From an uncultured Candidatus Saccharibacteria bacterium (GTDB lineage Bacteria; Patescibacteriota; Minisyncoccia; Phycocordibacterales; UBA1006): a stretch of DNA of 64,000 nt. Made by a program: the position numbers and the translations under genes. Under the pieces are notes generated by a model that saw nothing but the letters and a program-made list of their open reading frames with translations, was not told where the DNA came from and did not search any database. The stretch spans positions 79,541 through 143,540 of the forward strand of contig CAZQDL010000001.1 of assembly GCA_964592365.1 (NCBI GenBank). The letters run 5' to 3'. Positions 60,613-64,000 of this stretch are shown here, piece by piece. Each line of letters starts with the position of its first letter. The stretch's first letter is position 1.

Positions 60613-61800
60613 ATGAATTATGATCAGCAACTTATCGAAACAATAGTTAGCCGCGGTGTTGAAAGAGTTTTTCCTAATGAGGATTTTCTTCGTTCTCGTC
60701 TATCTTCTGGTGAACAGCTAAAGATATATCTAGGAATTGATCCAACGGGGCCAACCTTACATATGGGGCATGTAATTCCTTTGATAAAACTTAGCCAATT
60801 ACAAAAAGCAGGGCATAAGATCATTCTCCTTATCGGGGATTTTACTGCTCGTATTGGTGATCCAGATAAGAATAGTGTACGAAAGCAGCTTAGTCACCAA
60901 GAAGTATTAGAGAATGCAAAGCTATATCAAAAACAGGCATCACGATTTTTAGATTTTGAAGGTGAAAATAAAGCAGAACTTAAATACAACGGAGAATGGT
61001 TAGATGCTATGAATTTCCAAGATGTTCTGAAGCTATCTTCTCAGATGACCGTACAAAGAATGCTAGATAGGGATATGTTTAGAAGAAGAATGGAAGAAGG
61101 ATCTCCTATTTATCTTCATGAATTTATGTACCCTTTGATGCAAGGATATGATTCTGTTGCCATGGAAGTTGATGGTGAGGTCGGAGGAAATGATCAAACT
61201 TTTAATATGCTCGTAGGGAGAGATTTATTAAAAAACATTGAACCACCCAAAGAAAAGTTTGTAATACCAATGAAACTTCTTGTGGATGAAAAAGGAGAAA
61301 AAATGGGAAAGACTACTGGAAACATGATTTCTTTTCTCGATGGAGCAGAACTTATGTTCAAGAAAATCATGACATGGTCAGATGACATGATTCTTCTTGG
61401 TTTTGAACTATTAACTGATGTTGATTTAAATAGTGTAAGTAAGCGTCTTGCTTCAGAAGAAAATCCACGAGATATAAAGTTTGATCTAGCCTCTGCAATT
61501 GTTGCTAGATTCCATGGAGAAGAATCAGCTTCAAGTGCAAAAGAAATTTGGATTAATGATGTTCAGCAAGATGCTGTTCCTCTTGATATTCCACAGATTG
61601 ATGATCAAGGAGAGATCATTGATACCTTAGTTTCTGCAAGCAACGAAAGCCGCTCACAAATAAAAAGACTATTTGATGAAGGAGCAGTTAAGGTAAATGG
61701 TGAAAAAGTTACAACAGAATATATATTAGTTTCAGGTGATATTATCCAATTAGGAAAGAAACGTTGGTATCAAATTGTAGGTAATAACTTGCAGAAATAA
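60613..61800 (+). CDS. tyrS: Tyrosine--tRNA ligase
   Basis: GIDPT..LHMGH, YPLMQGYD, GGNDQ, KMGKT, C-terminal S4 domain. Confidence 0.96.
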   Translation: MNYDQQLIETIVSRGVERVFPNEDFLRSRLSSGEQLKIYLGIDPTGPTLHMGHVIPLIKLSQLQKAGHKIILLIGDFTARIGDPDKNSVRKQLSHQEVLENAKLYQKQASRFLDFEGENKAELKYNGEWLDAMNFQDVLKLSSQMTVQRMLDRDMFRRRMEEGSPIYLHEFMYPLMQGYDSVAMEVDGEVGGNDQTFNMLVGRDLLKNIEPPKEKFVIPMKLLVDEKGEKMGKTTGNMISFLDGAELMFKKIMTWSDDMILLGFELLTDVDLNSVSKRLASEENPRDIKFDLASAIVARFHGEESASSAKEIWINDVQQDAVPLDIPQIDDQGEIIDTLVSASNESRSQIKRLFDEGAVKVNGEKVTTEYILVSGDIIQLGKKRWYQIVGNNLQK

Positions 61801-61825
61801 GAGTGCAGTCATATACTTCATACAT

Positions 61826-62482
61826 ATGGGAAATACATCAAAAAAATACAGAAATAAAAAGTTAGCGAACATTGGTATCGCTGCTATCATTATCATATTA
61901 GTAGTTTCATTCTTTGTTTCACAATCAAGTAAAACCGTTGATCCATCAACTTTTGCAGATGTTGAAGTTCAAGCAATTGAACCAAGACTACGTGGTAACG
62001 AAGCATCAGAAATTGTTCTTACTAAATATTCTGACTTTCAATGTCCAGCTTGTGCTCAAGCATCAGTTGCCATTAAGAGTCTAAATGAACAATTTGGAGA
62101 TCAATTTGTACTTGAATACAAACACCTTCCTTTACGTTCAATTCACCCAAATGCTCAGATTGCAGCACAGGCTTCAGAAGCAGCTGGAATGCAGGGGAAA
62201 TTCTGGGAAATGCATGATCTTCTTTTTGAAAAACAATCAGAATGGTCACGAGCTCTAAATCCTAAAAAGGTATTTAACGAATATGCGGTAGAACTAGGTT
62301 TGAATCCAGATCGATTCGATTTTGATTTAGATTCTGAAGAAGTGAAAGAAAAAGTTAATAGTGATGCAGAAGAAGCTCAGGCTCTTGGATTCAGTGGAAC
62401 ACCATCATTCACGGTAAATGGAGAAGTATCAAGCTTCGATGAATTCTTTGGAATGTTAGATGTTGAAGTAGTAGAAGAATAA
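61826..62482 (+). CDS. DsbA-family thioredoxin-like protein
   Basis: YSDFQCPAC, GKFWEMHD, GTPSF. Confidence 0.92.
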   Translation: MGNTSKKYRNKKLANIGIAAIIIILVVSFFVSQSSKTVDPSTFADVEVQAIEPRLRGNEASEIVLTKYSDFQCPACAQASVAIKSLNEQFGDQFVLEYKHLPLRSIHPNAQIAAQASEAAGMQGKFWEMHDLLFEKQSEWSRALNPKKVFNEYAVELGLNPDRFDFDLDSEEVKEKVNSDAEEAQALGFSGTPSFTVNGEVSSFDEFFGMLDVEVVEE

Positions 62483-62539
62483 AAACCCGTTATGGGTTTT
62501 TTTCGTGACAGGAATATTTGATTTGTGTAGAGTATTAGT

Positions 62540-63544
62540 ATGTTGATTCAACGAGATGTAGAACTAAGTACTTTTAGTACCTTTATGGTACAAGCACGTG
62601 CCTTATATTTTGCCACTATTACAAAAAAAGAAGATTTTTCTGAATTAATAGATTCTTCAGAATGGCAAGAAGTTGATCATTACTTTTTAGGAGAAGGGAG
62701 CAATACTTTGTTCATCGGAACAATTGAAAAGCTATTAATTAAAAATGAAATAAAAGGATTAGAAGTCTTAGAGGAAAATGATTCAGAAGTTATTCTTCGA
62801 GTTGGAGGAGGTGAATTATGGAATGACTTTGTGATTTTTTGTATAGATCAACATTATTGGGGAGTAGAAAATCTTATTCTCATTCCCGGAACCGTTGGTG
62901 CTGCTCCAGTTCAAAATATTGGAGCATATGGAGCTGAAGTTTCAGATACCATTGTTGGAATAGAATATATTGATACTAAATCAGGAAGTGATGGTTTTTT
63001 TGAGAATGAACAATGTATGTTTGGGTATAGGGATTCAATTTTCAAAAAATACCCTGGTGATTTTTTTATCACTCACGTACATTTCAAACTTTCTAAAAAA
63101 GCTAATCCAAAGGTACATTATGACAGAGTAGAAGAGGTACTTGGATCAAAGGAACATAGCATTGAAAATATTGCTGAATCAATTGTTTCTATACGTGATT
63201 CAAAACTACCAAGAATTGGTAGCCTTGGAACGGTAGGAAGTTTTTTCAAGAATCCAGTTGTATCAAAAGAGGATGCACAGAAGATGTTGGAAAAATACCC
63301 GCAGATGAAACAATTTCAAGTAGAAGCAGGAGTAAAAATATCTGCAGCTTGGTTACTTGATTATCTTGGTTACAAAGGAAAAAAGGAAAAACATGTAGGG
63401 ATGTATGAAAAGCATGCAATGGTTGTGGTTAATTATGGTGGTGCAACAGGAGAAGAAGTTGAGCATTTCTATCAAGGTGCCATTTCAGATGTATATGCTG
63501 AATTTGGAATTATTCTGGAACCAGAGATTAATATTGTGAGATAA
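62540..63544 (+). CDS. murB: UDP-N-acetylmuramate dehydrogenase
   Basis: GEGSN, IPGTVGAAPVQNIGAYG, FGYRDS, GSFFKNP, LEPE. Confidence 0.96.
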   Translation: MLIQRDVELSTFSTFMVQARALYFATITKKEDFSELIDSSEWQEVDHYFLGEGSNTLFIGTIEKLLIKNEIKGLEVLEENDSEVILRVGGGELWNDFVIFCIDQHYWGVENLILIPGTVGAAPVQNIGAYGAEVSDTIVGIEYIDTKSGSDGFFENEQCMFGYRDSIFKKYPGDFFITHVHFKLSKKANPKVHYDRVEEVLGSKEHSIENIAESIVSIRDSKLPRIGSLGTVGSFFKNPVVSKEDAQKMLEKYPQMKQFQVEAGVKISAAWLLDYLGYKGKKEKHVGMYEKHAMVVVNYGGATGEEVEHFYQGAISDVYAEFGIILEPEINIVR

Positions 63545-63576
63545 GCGTTGCTTATCTTTTTTGATATACTTTAAGT

Positions 63577-64000
63577 ATGATACTTCCTTCGTTATCTCAA
63601 TATACACACACGCGACCAGAACGTTATGATTTTGAACCCCCCTATTTAATTCCTGATATGAGAGAGTATGCTTCCTTTTGGAATACGATATATCATCGTT
63701 TGAATAGTCTTTCGTATTCGTCACCACTTGATACTGATGTTTTTGATTATATTAATACTGATATTGGATTTTATGGACCTAGACCTCATCCTAATAATCC
63801 TGCAAGAAAATATTTTCATATTGGTATCCAACTTGATATCCCTAAGGGAGCCAAGGTTACTCCAGTACTTGATGGAATATTAGAGTATTCTGGATATGGA
63901 GCAATTAACGGCTATTATGTTTTGCTTTCTCATCCTGATATACGAACTGAAGATGGTTATATTCTTCATACGATGTACTGCCACCTTAAAAAACCAGCAA
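63577..64000 (+). CDS. M23-family peptidase-like protein, 3'-truncated by the window edge
   Basis: Manual translation: YGPRPHP...YFHIGIQL..PKGAKV.PVLDG....GY....GYYVLLSH...TMYCHL. Confidence 0.75.
   Translation, partial: MILPSLSQYTHTRPERYDFEPPYLIPDMREYASFWNTIYHRLNSLSYSSPLDTDVFDYINTDIGFYGPRPHPNNPARKYFHIGIQLDIPKGAKVTPVLDGILEYSGYGAINGYYVLLSHPDIRTEDGYILHTMYCHLKKPA

Noticed and set aside
1-64000. Alternative genetic code (TGA = Gly, code 25)
   Set aside because: Housekeeping genes are full-length under code 11 and TGA serves as a normal stop (for example 30362 and 53759).

Overview
This AT-rich bacterial window most likely comes from a Patescibacteria/CPR (Parcubacteria-type) genome. That is an inference from the gene mix, the several type IV prepilins and the compact, apparently leaderless gene starts. 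Housekeeping genes occupy about 1-14 kb (tsaE, polA, holA-like, ruvA, RluA family, rplS, tRNA-Lys, tRNA-His) and about 34.7-64 kb (DEAD helicase, split PhoH, phosphoketolase plus ackA, alr, ndh, Fur/ZIP, tyrS, DsbA, murB). A ~20-kb accessory region starts right after tRNA-His, with an Xis-like HTH, a restriction-modification locus and ORFan debris. The most striking feature lies at 23.96-34.57 kb: about 10 same-orientation copies of a 28-bp motif (consensus GTTCCGTATCCTAACCACAAACTGACCC) divide the DNA into units of 0.15-4.1 kb. Each unit carries 0-3 unrelated genes. Two units are pilin cassettes with a ~95% identical leader and N-terminus but unrelated C-termini. The flanks of the motif are shuffled between copies. 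This looks like an integron-like gene-cassette array that uses a non-attC site, and no recombinase gene is present in the window.
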